Virus record (IMG/VR): IMGVR_UViG_3300021962_008382
Coordinates: 94,916 to 158,915 of that record
Strand: one strand, 5' to 3'
Length of the DNA stretch: 64,000 nt
Source of the DNA: a virus
The notes beneath the pieces are model-generated. The model made no database searches, was not told the DNA's origin, and saw only the letters and a list, made by a program, of their open reading frames with translations. Of the stretch, positions 1 through 8,869 are shown in pieces. Position numbers and translations under genes: made by a program. Every line of letters starts with the position of its first letter. Positions within the stretch are counted from its first letter, which is position 1.

Positions 1-335
1 ACGGAATCGACCGCGCCCCCGCCAGTTGCGGTAGAGTTAATTCTACCATTAGCATCAATAGTAATACTTTGACCGGCTGTTAGAGCTGCTACAACTCTAG
101 CGTTAGTAAAGTATAAATTACCCGATTCGGCTATGTTAGCAGTTGTTAATACAGATATGTTACTGTTAAGGTTAGCAACATCTGTCTTTAAAGCTAAAGG
201 AAATCCCCCTGCAGTTGACCCGTCATGAACAACTACAGTCTTTTTAGAAGTATCTACTGTAACTTCTGCTGCAGCACCAGTAAATGTGCTGTGAGCAAGA
301 GTATTACCTTTTCTTAATTGAAGTTGAATGGCCAA
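1..335 (-). CDS. Tail fibre protein with Mtd_N/hyaluronidase-N-like N-terminus (3'-partial, runs off window)
   Basis: Not in ORF track. TTG at 335 reads MAIQLQLRKGNTLAHSTFTGAAAEVTVDTSKKTVVVHDGSTAGGFPLA, the typical phage fibre N-terminal motif; abuts the stop of the upstream ORF at 336. Confidence 0.8.
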   Translation of the reverse strand, partial: MAIQLQLRKGNTLAHSTFTGAAAEVTVDTSKKTVVVHDGSTAGGFPLALKTDVANLNSNISVLTTANIAESGNLYFTNARVVAALTAGQSITIDANGRINSTATGGGAVDS

Positions 336-830
336 TCAAAGATCCCCATAATCGACTGTAGCGCTACTAAACGGTTCATACACAAAACCATAATCAAAGG
401 CTCCGCTTGAAGTAGCAATATCTACAGTTACCTGACTACCAACAGCCGAAGCTGTTATTCCTGTTCCAGTAAAGTTAATCGATGATACTGAATTTGTTAT
501 GTAAGTGCCTTGATTAAGTACTGATAGGTTTGACTGAACCGCACTTACTTGTACTTTAGCTATACCATTAGCTCTATCAATAATATCAAAACCCGATTCA
601 TTAAACTGTAAGATTCTTACATCGGAAACGGATTTTGAGACTGTATTGCTTGTATCAGCTAGTTGAATGGTAAGATTAGAACCAACGACGATAACATTAC
701 CTGAACCGTCTTTGGTGTAGAGGATACGATCGACAAGGTTTACAACGGGTTCGCCGACTTGTACGTTAGCAGCGTCTGGTATTTTACCCGACACTGATGA
801 TCGTTTTAATTGTATACTATTGCCAGCCAT
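336..830 (-). CDS. Tail fibre-associated protein (Mtd_N-like N-terminus)
   Basis: IQLKRSSVSGKIP...GEPVVNLVDRILYTKD N-terminus; INFTGTGITAS repeat; DYG motifs at the C-terminus. Confidence 0.7.
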   Translation of the reverse strand: MAGNSIQLKRSSVSGKIPDAANVQVGEPVVNLVDRILYTKDGSGNVIVVGSNLTIQLADTSNTVSKSVSDVRILQFNESGFDIIDRANGIAKVQVSAVQSNLSVLNQGTYITNSVSSINFTGTGITASAVGSQVTVDIATSSGAFDYGFVYEPFSSATVDYGDL

Positions 831-881
831 TGACGGCTTTTTCCTTTGCTATATAGCGAATTCTAGACTATGTAGTCTAGA

Positions 882-1064
882 TTAATATTCTGAAGGTTTT
901 TCTTTTTTCTTCTGCTTATCAATCTGCTCGTTAAGTTTACTATTTATCTCTACTGCTAACTGCAATTGAGATTCTAAAACTATTACCTGGGCTTGTAAAT
1001 CATTTAATTTTTTATTAGTTTTTTCCATAACTAAATTCATAAATTTAGCGTTATCAATCTGCAT
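882..1064 (-). CDS. Small coiled-coil protein
   Basis: 60 aa with heptad pattern; GAGG SD upstream. Confidence 0.7.
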   Translation of the reverse strand: MQIDNAKFMNLVMEKTNKKLNDLQAQVIVLESQLQLAVEINSKLNEQIDKQKKKEKPSEY

Positions 1065-1075
1065 AAAACCTCATA

Positions 1076-1094
1076 AGGGGGGACAAGCCCCCCT
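1076..1094 (-). terminator. Hairpin / weak intrinsic terminator after the tail fibre gene
   Basis: AGGGGGG-CTTGT-CCCCCCT on the minus strand, short U tail. Confidence 0.5.
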
Positions 1095-1107
1095 ATTTCA
1101 AAATTAA

Positions 1108-3054
1108 TTAATATGTACCACCATCAATACCCCCAAACACCGGAACACCAGAAGCATTTAGCTGAAGAACTTGATACGCTGTACCGGTAACAAGACCTAC
1201 TGCTGATGTACCTTGACCATACAGGATAGCATTTGTTGTTAAAGTACCTCTTCCTGTACCACCATCACCCACTGTAATATTGGCTGACAGACCAGATACG
1301 GTTCCTCCGGTTAAATTTGCTACCAGGGTAGCGATAGAATAACCATTACCAGAAATATTTACGGTAGTAGTTAGGTTACCACTACCTTGCAGACCTTGGA
1401 ATAATCTGAAATTACCATCAGATGCATCTCGGAATAAACCAGCGTGCTCGTGTTCACCCCCATCAGTGTTGTAGCTGCCGTAGAAACCAATATCAACAAC
1501 ATCAGAAGATGTATTGTTATTAGCAAGCTGAATTAAAGAGTCATTAATAATTAAATTATCAGCACTATGAGTAATTACATTACCGGTAACATTTAAGTTG
1601 CCGAGAACGTTTAAGTCTCTCGTTATAGTTACATCATCTGGTAAACCGACCGTGATAGAACCGTTTGCTGCAGATACAGTAATTTCATTTGTTGTACCAG
1701 CTAAACTTGTTACCCCGGTATTAACAATCGTAAAGGCGTTGCTTGCAACGCTTGTACCAATACCTGTACCACCTTTAATGGCAAGTGTCTCAGATGCAAG
1801 TGATAACGTATCAGAACCTGAATCACCTACTAGGCTTAGATCGGTTGAGATAGATACGTTAGCAGCTGATGTTAAGCGACCCTGGGCATCAACTACAAAG
1901 GTTGGGATCTGGGTAGTACCACCGTACGAACCGGCTGTTACTGCTGTGCTTGCCAGACTAATAGTTGGTGTGGCACCTTCAGTTCCGAAGTTAGAGCCTG
2001 TTAAGCCAGTGCCTGGTACAACGTTAGCAAGATAATTACCGGTAGTATCTGTACCAAGTCGAACAGAATTTTCTTGAATCGATGCAGAGAATGAACCACC
2101 ATCAGCAGTTGAAATGGTAAATGTATTACCAGATGCTGAGAAGTTAGTTACACCTGCTACAGCTACGTTAGCTGCAGATGTAATTCTACCATATTGATCA
2201 ACGGTTATTACAGGAATCTTCGATGCGCTGCCGTATGTGTTAGCAACTACACCGGATGTTTCGAGAGCAACGGTAATAGTATTATCAGTTAGAGAAGTAT
2301 CGATACCTGCACCACCAGATACTCTAAATACATCCCCGTTGTTAATGGTATCACCAGCGCCAGAATCAGCTGCTAATGTAAATGATACGGAAACACTTGT
2401 ATTGGTAGCAGATGTTATTCTGCCTTGAGCATCAACCACCAATGTTGGGATTTGAGTTGCACCACCGTAATGACCAGCAGAAACACCAGTGTTAGTTAGA
2501 GCAACAGTTGGTGTAGCTGTCTCACCGCCTTGGCCAGTTACGGTAATACCTGTACCAGCTAAGACGTTAGAAACATAATCACCGGTAGTGTCTGTACCTA
2601 ATGCAACAGAGTTAGATTTAACGTTTGCATTGATAGTAACATCACCCGTACCATCAAAATAGACATTACCTTCTAAGTCACCTGCAAGGGTAATGTTTCT
2701 AGCAGTCTGTAGTTTGGCTGCTGAATTAGCAACCCCGTCAATTACACCCTGTACGTTACCTACAAAAGTTGCAGCTGTAATAACGTTTGCGCTAAAACTA
2801 CCTAGGCTGTCTCTTAACACCAGGCTGTTTGCTGATGTACTGCTAGATGCATTATCAATCTTGTCGGTATAATACTTACCACCAAGAGTGTGTATTACAG
2901 GGCTGCTACCCGAGTCTAATACTTCAATATAAAGTTTGGCGTTTGCACCATTATTACTTTGATCATACGAGTAAGCTAATTCACCTTCTTCCAATACTGA
3001 AGTAGAAGGCGCTGCAATATTAGCAGAACGTTTTATCTGAATTAATGTTGACAT
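1108..3054 (-). CDS. Long tail fibre protein
   Basis: Mtd_N-like start (IQIKRS...GELAYSY); KLQTARNITLAGD motif; three YG-x3-IP-x-V-D-x2-GR(I/L)TSA repeats; ends DGGTY. Confidence 0.8.
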   Translation of the reverse strand: MSTLIQIKRSANIAAPSTSVLEEGELAYSYDQSNNGANAKLYIEVLDSGSSPVIHTLGGKYYTDKIDNASSSTSANSLVLRDSLGSFSANVITAATFVGNVQGVIDGVANSAAKLQTARNITLAGDLEGNVYFDGTGDVTINANVKSNSVALGTDTTGDYVSNVLAGTGITVTGQGGETATPTVALTNTGVSAGHYGGATQIPTLVVDAQGRITSATNTSVSVSFTLAADSGAGDTINNGDVFRVSGGAGIDTSLTDNTITVALETSGVVANTYGSASKIPVITVDQYGRITSAANVAVAGVTNFSASGNTFTISTADGGSFSASIQENSVRLGTDTTGNYLANVVPGTGLTGSNFGTEGATPTISLASTAVTAGSYGGTTQIPTFVVDAQGRLTSAANVSISTDLSLVGDSGSDTLSLASETLAIKGGTGIGTSVASNAFTIVNTGVTSLAGTTNEITVSAANGSITVGLPDDVTITRDLNVLGNLNVTGNVITHSADNLIINDSLIQLANNNTSSDVVDIGFYGSYNTDGGEHEHAGLFRDASDGNFRLFQGLQGSGNLTTTVNISGNGYSIATLVANLTGGTVSGLSANITVGDGGTGRGTLTTNAILYGQGTSAVGLVTGTAYQVLQLNASGVPVFGGIDGGTY

Positions 3055-3070
3055 TTATTACTCTCTCTCT

Positions 3071-3295
3071 TTAGTATGTGCCGCCGTCAGCAATTAGCTG
3101 CTTAGTCTTAAATTTTTTAGCCTCTTCATCATATGTTAAAATATAACCGTCTTCTAGTAAAGAAGTATCTACGTCTGTAAGACTCGTAAGAGTTATATCT
3201 CCAGCGCGTCTCACTACAATTGAGCTTGTGGAGCTTGTTCCTTGAACCACGGAAACCGGGTTTCTAGTACCTTGTATAACTCTTACGGCAGTCAT
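3071..3295 (-). CDS. Small tail fibre-associated protein
   Basis: LTDVD...DGYILTYD motif; ends DGGTY. Confidence 0.65.
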   Translation of the reverse strand: MTAVRVIQGTRNPVSVVQGTSSTSSIVVRRAGDITLTSLTDVDTSLLEDGYILTYDEEAKKFKTKQLIADGGTY

Positions 3296-3621
3296 TTGGT
3301 TACCTCGGGATAGACTGTTATTATTCCTTCTACAACTCTTTCAACGTAGTTGGTGGTTACAATTTCTACGTCATAGACATATCTACCAGCTTTCAAAGCA
3401 GACGTCTGTGTATCGGTTAATGAAAGGTCTATCTCACCTTCGGTCGGATTATCAATAGTAACGGTAAAAGCTGTATTAGTATTTGTGTAGTATGACCTCT
3501 TCAATTGAGCTCGACCAGTAAAACCTGTAAGATTTTTAGCGGTACCAGTATCATCAACTACCGAAATGGTAGCATTAAATGTTGTACCTTGGTCGATTGT
3601 AAGATTAGAAATAGAAGCCAT
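3292..3621 (-). CDS. Virion structural protein (beta-sandwich, fibre adaptor-like)
   Basis: NLTIDQGTTF...LKAGRYVYDVEI...RVVEGIITV.PEVT, a family common in T4-like phages; preceded by TATAAATA. Confidence 0.75.
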   Translation of the reverse strand: MASISNLTIDQGTTFNATISVVDDTGTAKNLTGFTGRAQLKRSYYTNTNTAFTVTIDNPTEGEIDLSLTDTQTSALKAGRYVYDVEIVTTNYVERVVEGIITVYPEVTK

Positions 3622-3638
3622 ATTAACCCTCGTACCAT

Positions 3639-3646
3639 TATTTATA
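3639..3646 (-). promoter_or_regulatory. T4-type late promoter TATAAATA
   Basis: Exact consensus 17 nt upstream of ORF 3292..3621. Confidence 0.8.
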
Positions 3647-3788
3647 TTTTTAGAATTTGGATTAAGTAAATTTCTAAGTTACAACCCAAATATAGTTGTA
3701 ACTAATAGAATTCTTATAAAATATAATATATTGGAAACAAAGAACTTCTAGAAAAGTATAGTTAATCAGACTATCTTTTTACAGCATA

Positions 3789-4523
3789 TTACGGTTCTTT
3801 TCGATTTAACTTGAATATCTTTTTTACTGCATATAATTTTCGATAGAACTGCGGTGTGTCTCCATATGCTTCATTTTTTGTATAGTCAACTTGAGCGTCT
3901 GTACCGGGCCCGTATCCGGCAACAATATCTTTACCGTAGAAAGGTATAATATGCAGTAATGGTTCGCCTGCTTTAATATGAACATTGCATTTTCGTTTTG
4001 GCGAACATATAAAGTTCGTTACTGAGAATTTTTCATAATCAACAGAACCACTCCAAAGATGTAAATCATCTAGCCAGGTAGCATGATATAGCGGGGGTAA
4101 ACATAATGCAGAAATATTTTTCGAAGTACGTATATACCATGGGCACTCAAACTTTATAACCGTTAGTGGAACCCCATCCTCAGGTGTAAAGAACCCATCA
4201 ACAATAGAAGCATCCATGTTTATAGGCGGTCTAAAGCCTCTATCCCCCCTGATTGCTGAACCTATTTCACCAATAACACCTGCTTTATTTGCAAAAATTT
4301 TCATGTCAACCCAAGCTGGTATTATATAACCTAATCGACTATAGTCGATAATGCCAGGGCAATGAGGGAACTTAAACACACCGTATTTTTCTATTTGATT
4401 CGCTTTAGATTTAGGGGTAACATCCTGTGCTCGTTGTACGGGTAACCGATGATATGTCTGTCTCGATACATCAATAAACTCAAATTCAGGTGTTTTTTTC
4501 TTCAAAAAATTAAATAATTTCAC
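3789..4523 (-). CDS. Hypothetical protein (DUF6065-like, possible dUTPase-like beta fold); paralog of 4520..5251
   Basis: CPGIID...GYIIPAWVD...PWYIRT...G.VDY...AGEPL.HIIP motifs shared with the neighbour. Confidence 0.6.
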   Translation of the reverse strand: MKLFNFLKKKTPEFEFIDVSRQTYHRLPVQRAQDVTPKSKANQIEKYGVFKFPHCPGIIDYSRLGYIIPAWVDMKIFANKAGVIGEIGSAIRGDRGFRPPINMDASIVDGFFTPEDGVPLTVIKFECPWYIRTSKNISALCLPPLYHATWLDDLHLWSGSVDYEKFSVTNFICSPKRKCNVHIKAGEPLLHIIPFYGKDIVAGYGPGTDAQVDYTKNEAYGDTPQFYRKLYAVKKIFKLNRKEP

Positions 4524-5251
4524 TTGCGAGATTCTCTCAGTTCATTTGTATAAACCCCGTGTCTCGTACTTTGAGCTATTCGTATACGCTCTATCTCTCG
4601 GAATTCTTTTTTACTCATACTACGAATAATAGGTTCTTTAGATATTTTATAAATTTCTCGATGAATTGGTATAGCTACCACTATAGGTGTACCAGCATTA
4701 AGAACACCGTCAAAGTTAGCAGTGTGCCAAATTGCTGGGAAGTTGACTTCTTTTACATATGTATCTGTGTCTACTAAACCAGCTAGACATGTGAAGTGAG
4801 CTTGCTCTACGTCATTAATAATGGGCAGAAATAACGTCGACCACCCGGGCGCGGTCTTTACTACCCACCAGTTAAGAAATTTAATTGGTGGTGCCGGGTA
4901 CCCGGGCGCAGCAGAGCCTCCAATCTGATCAACATTATGAAACTCTACTGACTTGACGGTCGGTCCGTTTTTAGCTTCAATAATAGCACAAGTAGAGCTA
5001 GATCGTATACCAACATCAGCTTGTAACGGAATAACAAAACCGATTGACATTGCGTCAAGTAGCGGCATGCATTTTTTTGCAGTTAACCCAGGTCGTCCAA
5101 TACTATCGATACTATCTGGTAACGTAGGTTTTATCCTCTTAAACCAATCTGGAATGCACTTCGCAGCTGGCTTAGGAGGAAGTAATGATCCTTCAAATTC
5201 TGGGTGACACGTAAACTCGATTATAGGGGATTTGCGCCATAAATTAAACAA
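4520..5251 (-). CDS. Hypothetical protein (DUF6065-like); paralog of 3789..4523
   Basis: P.PA.K.IPDWF...TAKKCMPLLDAM..GFVIPL..D...WVVKTAPGWSTLF...GLVDTD...VNFP...GTP. Confidence 0.65.
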   Translation of the reverse strand: MFNLWRKSPIIEFTCHPEFEGSLLPPKPAAKCIPDWFKRIKPTLPDSIDSIGRPGLTAKKCMPLLDAMSIGFVIPLQADVGIRSSSTCAIIEAKNGPTVKSVEFHNVDQIGGSAAPGYPAPPIKFLNWWVVKTAPGWSTLFLPIINDVEQAHFTCLAGLVDTDTYVKEVNFPAIWHTANFDGVLNAGTPIVVAIPIHREIYKISKEPIIRSMSKKEFREIERIRIAQSTRHGVYTNELRESRK

Positions 5252-5945
5252 AAGACCTCTCCACGAAGGTTATACCTTTCTTTTCAAAAAAATCATAATC
5301 AGCTTTGTAGAACGCTTTAATTCGAGCCGCCTGTTCTGTAGTTACAGTATCATAATAGTCTGCTGCATCAGTGCTGTTCTGTCTACCTGCAGAATTATAA
5401 GACGGTAAATCTAACAGCGGGACTAATTTGTTATATTCAGCTTCATAATCATGGTAATTAAGTAATACTGTATTATCATTGATATATTCAGTTTGTAGCG
5501 AAAGAAGATCTACAGTTGTAAAAAACGCTCTAGATTCTAGAGCAGTTAGATATTCATCTAGAGTAACATTATTTAGTGTGGGTTTTTCATCGATATTAAA
5601 TTTCTTTCCCCAAATTAAATGAAATAGCGCAGCGCCTCTTGAATATACTTCAAAGCTTAGTTTAGGGTCGGTACGAGCTTTTTCCCATTGCGAAATAGAA
5701 TATCGCCAACCAGATACAAGTCTTTCTATAGGGTCTCTGTAGAATGCGTAGTGGGTTAGTTTACTATAATCTATTTCTGAAAAAAACTCTCCCATAACAC
5801 GCTGTAGCTGATCTTTCTTAATATGTGTCCAGACGCTAGCGTATTTAGATCGACCGTGTTTCGCCTGATATGCTAGCCGAACAGTAGTAGATCCTGTTTT
5901 AGGGATTTCTAAAAATAAACAACCTGTTGATTCGTTAATTATCAT
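5244..5945 (-). CDS. Sulfotransferase family 2 protein
   Basis: PAPS-binding motifs IPKTGSTT (5'-PSB) and RDPIERLVSGW (3'-PB); C-terminal YKADYDFF. Confidence 0.8.
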   Translation of the reverse strand: MIINESTGCLFLEIPKTGSTTVRLAYQAKHGRSKYASVWTHIKKDQLQRVMGEFFSEIDYSKLTHYAFYRDPIERLVSGWRYSISQWEKARTDPKLSFEVYSRGAALFHLIWGKKFNIDEKPTLNNVTLDEYLTALESRAFFTTVDLLSLQTEYINDNTVLLNYHDYEAEYNKLVPLLDLPSYNSAGRQNSTDAADYYDTVTTEQAARIKAFYKADYDFFEKKGITFVERSFV

Positions 5946-6532
5946 TAAGCTATCCTCTCTCCTAATGCCCAGCTAACCAGTGTAACCCGCTTTCCTGATG
6001 TAACAGGTCTTACACGGTGTGGCATGAACGATGAAAAAAATACACAGTCCCCTCGTTTAGGCTTAAGGACTCTTGGGGCTTCTATATTACCTGTTGTAAC
6101 TATTTCGAGCTCACCACCTTCGTATTCTTCTGGATCGCTTAAAAATAATACACTGGATATCTTACGTTGATACTTTTCCCACCCAAATGCAGCATCCCAA
6201 TGCCAAGAATAGTGTTGATCAGGGTTGTATATAGTATACTGAAAACTATCAAAACCCTCAATATCTAACATAAAATGATCATGATTTACTTTTGCAAGGA
6301 TTATCCCATGAAGATAAAAAAGCCATTCAGAGTTATTATCACGATGTATCCAGGTAATATCGGAATTGCGAATTTTCGGGTCAGCATCAGTAGCTTGATT
6401 GCCAACCCCCCCTTTACGAAACTCTTGCAACTCTGCAAGAAATTTAATTTTATCTAACTCTTCTGCTGTATAGCCGTTTTCCCATACTGCAAAACACTCA
6501 AATCCCCCGCGGTATTTAGGTATCTGATACAT
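5945..6532 (-). CDS. 2OG-Fe(II) oxygenase (prolyl 4-hydroxylase/PKHD-like)
   Basis: HWD iron ligands, YEGGEL, HRVRPVTSGKR.TLVSW. Confidence 0.9.
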   Translation of the reverse strand: MYQIPKYRGGFECFAVWENGYTAEELDKIKFLAELQEFRKGGVGNQATDADPKIRNSDITWIHRDNNSEWLFYLHGIILAKVNHDHFMLDIEGFDSFQYTIYNPDQHYSWHWDAAFGWEKYQRKISSVLFLSDPEEYEGGELEIVTTGNIEAPRVLKPKRGDCVFFSSFMPHRVRPVTSGKRVTLVSWALGERIA

Positions 6533-6553
6533 TATCTAATTCACCTCATGTTG

Positions 6554-7630
6554 TTAATTACTTTTAATAGTTACATAGCCCCCGGGCGGTACACTGACCG
6601 GGTATGTCTGTGAGTCAGGGACGTTGCTAGGATTTACTTTCGTTGCCGCAACTACAGATGCAGGTGTTCCTCCTACGTTAGAACCGGGGAGGGTAATACC
6701 TAAAGCGGTACTAGGGTTACCTGCTGCCCCGGGGTTACCTGGTGTATATGATGCCGGATAAGGGTTTCCTGGATTACCTGGTGTATATGATGCCGGATAA
6801 GGGTTTCCTGGATTACCTGGTGTATATGATGCCGGGAAAGGGTTCCCAGGATTACCCGGAGTATACGAACCTGGGTTCGGAGGATTAGAATTACCTGGTG
6901 TGTACGAACCTGGGTTCGGAGGATTAGGATTACCCGGTGTATACGAACCTGGGTTCGGGGGATTAGGATTACCCGGTGTATACGAACCTGGGTTCGGGGG
7001 ATTAGGATTACCCGGTGTATACGAACCTGGGTTCGGGGGATTAGCTGTAGGGTTATTCGGGTCTGTCGGGTTGCCTGGGTAGTACTGAGGTGGTATATAA
7101 AAACCACCGTAGTTATATCCAGGGTAATATGTCCCAGGGTTCGGGGGATTAGCATTACCTGGAGTAGAAGGTGTCGGATTACCTGGTGTGTATGAGCCCG
7201 CATTAGGTGGTGTTGGATTACCCGGTGTAAATGCGCCTGCATTAGGTGGTGTTGGATTACCCGGTGTAAATGCACCTGCATTAGGTGGTGTTGGATTACC
7301 CGGTGTAAATGCACCTGCATTAGGTGGTGTTGGATTACCCGGTGTAAAATTACCCGGATTAGGGGGATTAGTACCGCCTGGTGTAAAATTACCCGGGTTC
7401 GGGGGATTAGTACCGCCTGGTGTAAAATTACCCGGATTAGGGGGATTAGTACCGCCTGGTGTAAAATTACCCGGGTTTGCAGCGTTTCCCGTACCTCCAC
7501 GACCTTCTACTGTAATATCATAACGACCGTATGGTATTACATAATTACCTGGAGAGTTAAACGTTGTGGTACCCGTACCAGACGCACGCCACGTTTTTTC
7601 TAATCCAAATATAGGTGTTTTTCTAGTCAC
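6554..7630 (-). CDS. Pro/Gly/Asn-rich repeat virion protein
   Basis: GTG start; Gly-rich-domain-like termini flank sixteen 13-aa P/G/N repeats; lies in the tail fibre operon. Confidence 0.75.
   Translation of the reverse strand: MTRKTPIFGLEKTWRASGTGTTTFNSPGNYVIPYGRYDITVEGRGGTGNAANPGNFTPGGTNPPNPGNFTPGGTNPPNPGNFTPGGTNPPNPGNFTPGNPTPPNAGAFTPGNPTPPNAGAFTPGNPTPPNAGAFTPGNPTPPNAGSYTPGNPTPSTPGNANPPNPGTYYPGYNYGGFYIPPQYYPGNPTDPNNPTANPPNPGSYTPGNPNPPNPGSYTPGNPNPPNPGSYTPGNPNPPNPGSYTPGNSNPPNPGSYTPGNPGNPFPASYTPGNPGNPYPASYTPGNPGNPYPASYTPGNPGAAGNPSTALGITLPGSNVGGTPASVVAATKVNPSNVPDSQTYPVSVPPGGYVTIKSN
6722..7033. repeat. 8 x 39-bp coding tandem repeat (NPGSYTPGNPNPP / YPASYTPGNPGNP types)
   Basis: Directly visible 39-nt periodicity. 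Confidence 0.95.
7166..7477. repeat. 8 x 39-bp coding tandem repeat (NPGNFTPGGTNPP / NAGAFTPGNPTPP types)
   Basis: Directly visible 39-nt periodicity. Confidence 0.95.
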
Positions 7631-7642
7631 TAGAAGACCTCG

Positions 7643-8197
7643 TTACTTCGCGTCTTTCATTGCCAGAGAAACGTATACAGTAGTACCACCATCTACGGTA
7701 AATAGAGACCAAATATCTACGGCGTTAGCTGTAGTTGTTGCAGGAGGAACAACACCACCAGGGTAGTCAGATGAAGATGGCCAGGAGTATGTTCTACCTC
7801 CAGTTCCATCTTGTACAACTATAGCTGTAACAGCTGCAATTGTATTTGCGCCTGGTACACTTGTAAATGCAAAAGTAGTATTACCTGTTAGCCGCGTACG
7901 TACAACACCTTTTGTAAAATCGATATTAACATTACCGGATACGTTACCGAGATCGACATAATCACTGTTTGCGCCTGCGATGGTTATGTTACCCGAACCA
8001 TTGGTAACTACAATACCTGAACCAGCAGTAAGAGTAGCCTTGTTGAGAGTATTGCCAGTCGAGTTGCCGATTAAAAGCTGACCGTCAGTATACGTTGTCT
8101 GACCGGTGCCGCCTTGCGTAACTGTAAGTGCTGAGCCTAGGTTAGATAGATTTCTACTATTATCAATGACGGTTGTACCGCCAACTTGAATTGCCAT
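7643..8197 (-). CDS. Tail fibre-associated protein
   Basis: MAIQVGGTTVIDNSRN start; QDGTGGRT.SWP...P..TTTANAVD C-terminal domain; AAGGAG SD. Confidence 0.7.
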   Translation of the reverse strand: MAIQVGGTTVIDNSRNLSNLGSALTVTQGGTGQTTYTDGQLLIGNSTGNTLNKATLTAGSGIVVTNGSGNITIAGANSDYVDLGNVSGNVNIDFTKGVVRTRLTGNTTFAFTSVPGANTIAAVTAIVVQDGTGGRTYSWPSSSDYPGGVVPPATTTANAVDIWSLFTVDGGTTVYVSLAMKDAK

Positions 8198-8231
8198 CTT
8201 CGCTCTCCTTTAGAACTCGGCATTTTTTTTT

Positions 8232-8858
8232 TTATTTTTTATCTTTTAACATTTGAACTTCCTGTTTCAAATGTTTAATACTCTCAATCAAAATAGCGAT
8301 AAAGTTAAGATAGTTTATACCCTTTGTACCATCAGGCCTGTTTTTTACGACCTCAGGCAGTATTTTTTCAACTTCTTGAGCAGATAAACCTAAAGATTTT
8401 TCCCCCGAGTCTTTCCAGGTAAAGCTATAACCTGTAATTTGAGATAAGATATCAAGGGGGTTAGTTATCGGCTCAATATTGTCTTTGAGAGTCACATCGG
8501 AGGAAGAATTATAATCAGTAGAGGTTAAAAGACCCGTAGAAGGATTGAAAGTTAATTTAGTGCTGGTAATTTTTACCGCTGCATTCCCTGAGGAGGCTGC
8601 TACGAAGGTAGGAAATACCGTTGAGTTAGATGATGTATCATCTACTACTTTAATGTCTAAAGTTACATTTGAAACAGTGCCATTTGAAACAGAACTAGAT
8701 GTAGCAAGTTCATTAATAGCAGCTACTAGATTAGCTTTAGCGGTAGTTGAAAGATTACTAACAACACCTAGTTCGTTATTAATATTTGAAAAGTTATTAT
8801 CCACTTCTGTATTAGTAAGTGGAGAACCTTTTACGTTTCGTAAGACTAGAGTAGCCAT
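8232..8858 (-). CDS. Tail fibre protein with C-terminal peptidase S74 intramolecular chaperone
   Basis: KGSPLTNTEVDNNF N-terminus; SSDVTLKDNI...GLSAQEVEKILPEVV...INY...LIESIK.L. Confidence 0.85.
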   Translation of the reverse strand: MATLVLRNVKGSPLTNTEVDNNFSNINNELGVVSNLSTTAKANLVAAINELATSSSVSNGTVSNVTLDIKVVDDTSSNSTVFPTFVAASSGNAAVKITSTKLTFNPSTGLLTSTDYNSSSDVTLKDNIEPITNPLDILSQITGYSFTWKDSGEKSLGLSAQEVEKILPEVVKNRPDGTKGINYLNFIAILIESIKHLKQEVQMLKDKK

Positions 8859-8869
8859 TTAATTTCTCG

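Noticed and set aside
1-3054. Diversity-generating retroelement suggested by Mtd_N-like domains
   Set aside because: No reverse transcriptase and no template/variable repeat pair differing at adenines seen in the window
5275-5295. T TTT TTT slippery run near the end of the sulfotransferase
   Set aside because: The -1 frame hits TGA immediately
6722-7477. Repeat array as CRISPR or collagen
   Set aside because: No unique spacers, the units are in-frame coding, and there is no Gly-X-Y triplet periodicity
6700-7523. Alternative-frame and antisense ORFs 6700..7500, 6900..7082 and 7188..7523
   Set aside because: Shadow ORFs created by stop-free 39-bp repeats of the Pro/Gly/Asn gene
8198-8240. 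Poly-T tract and short out-of-frame ORF (MPSSKGERRWQ...) between two fibre genes
   Set aside because: No in-frame fusion is possible (TAA precedes the next ATG in frame); the downstream gene has its own AAGGAG SD; homopolymer length may be a sequencing artefact
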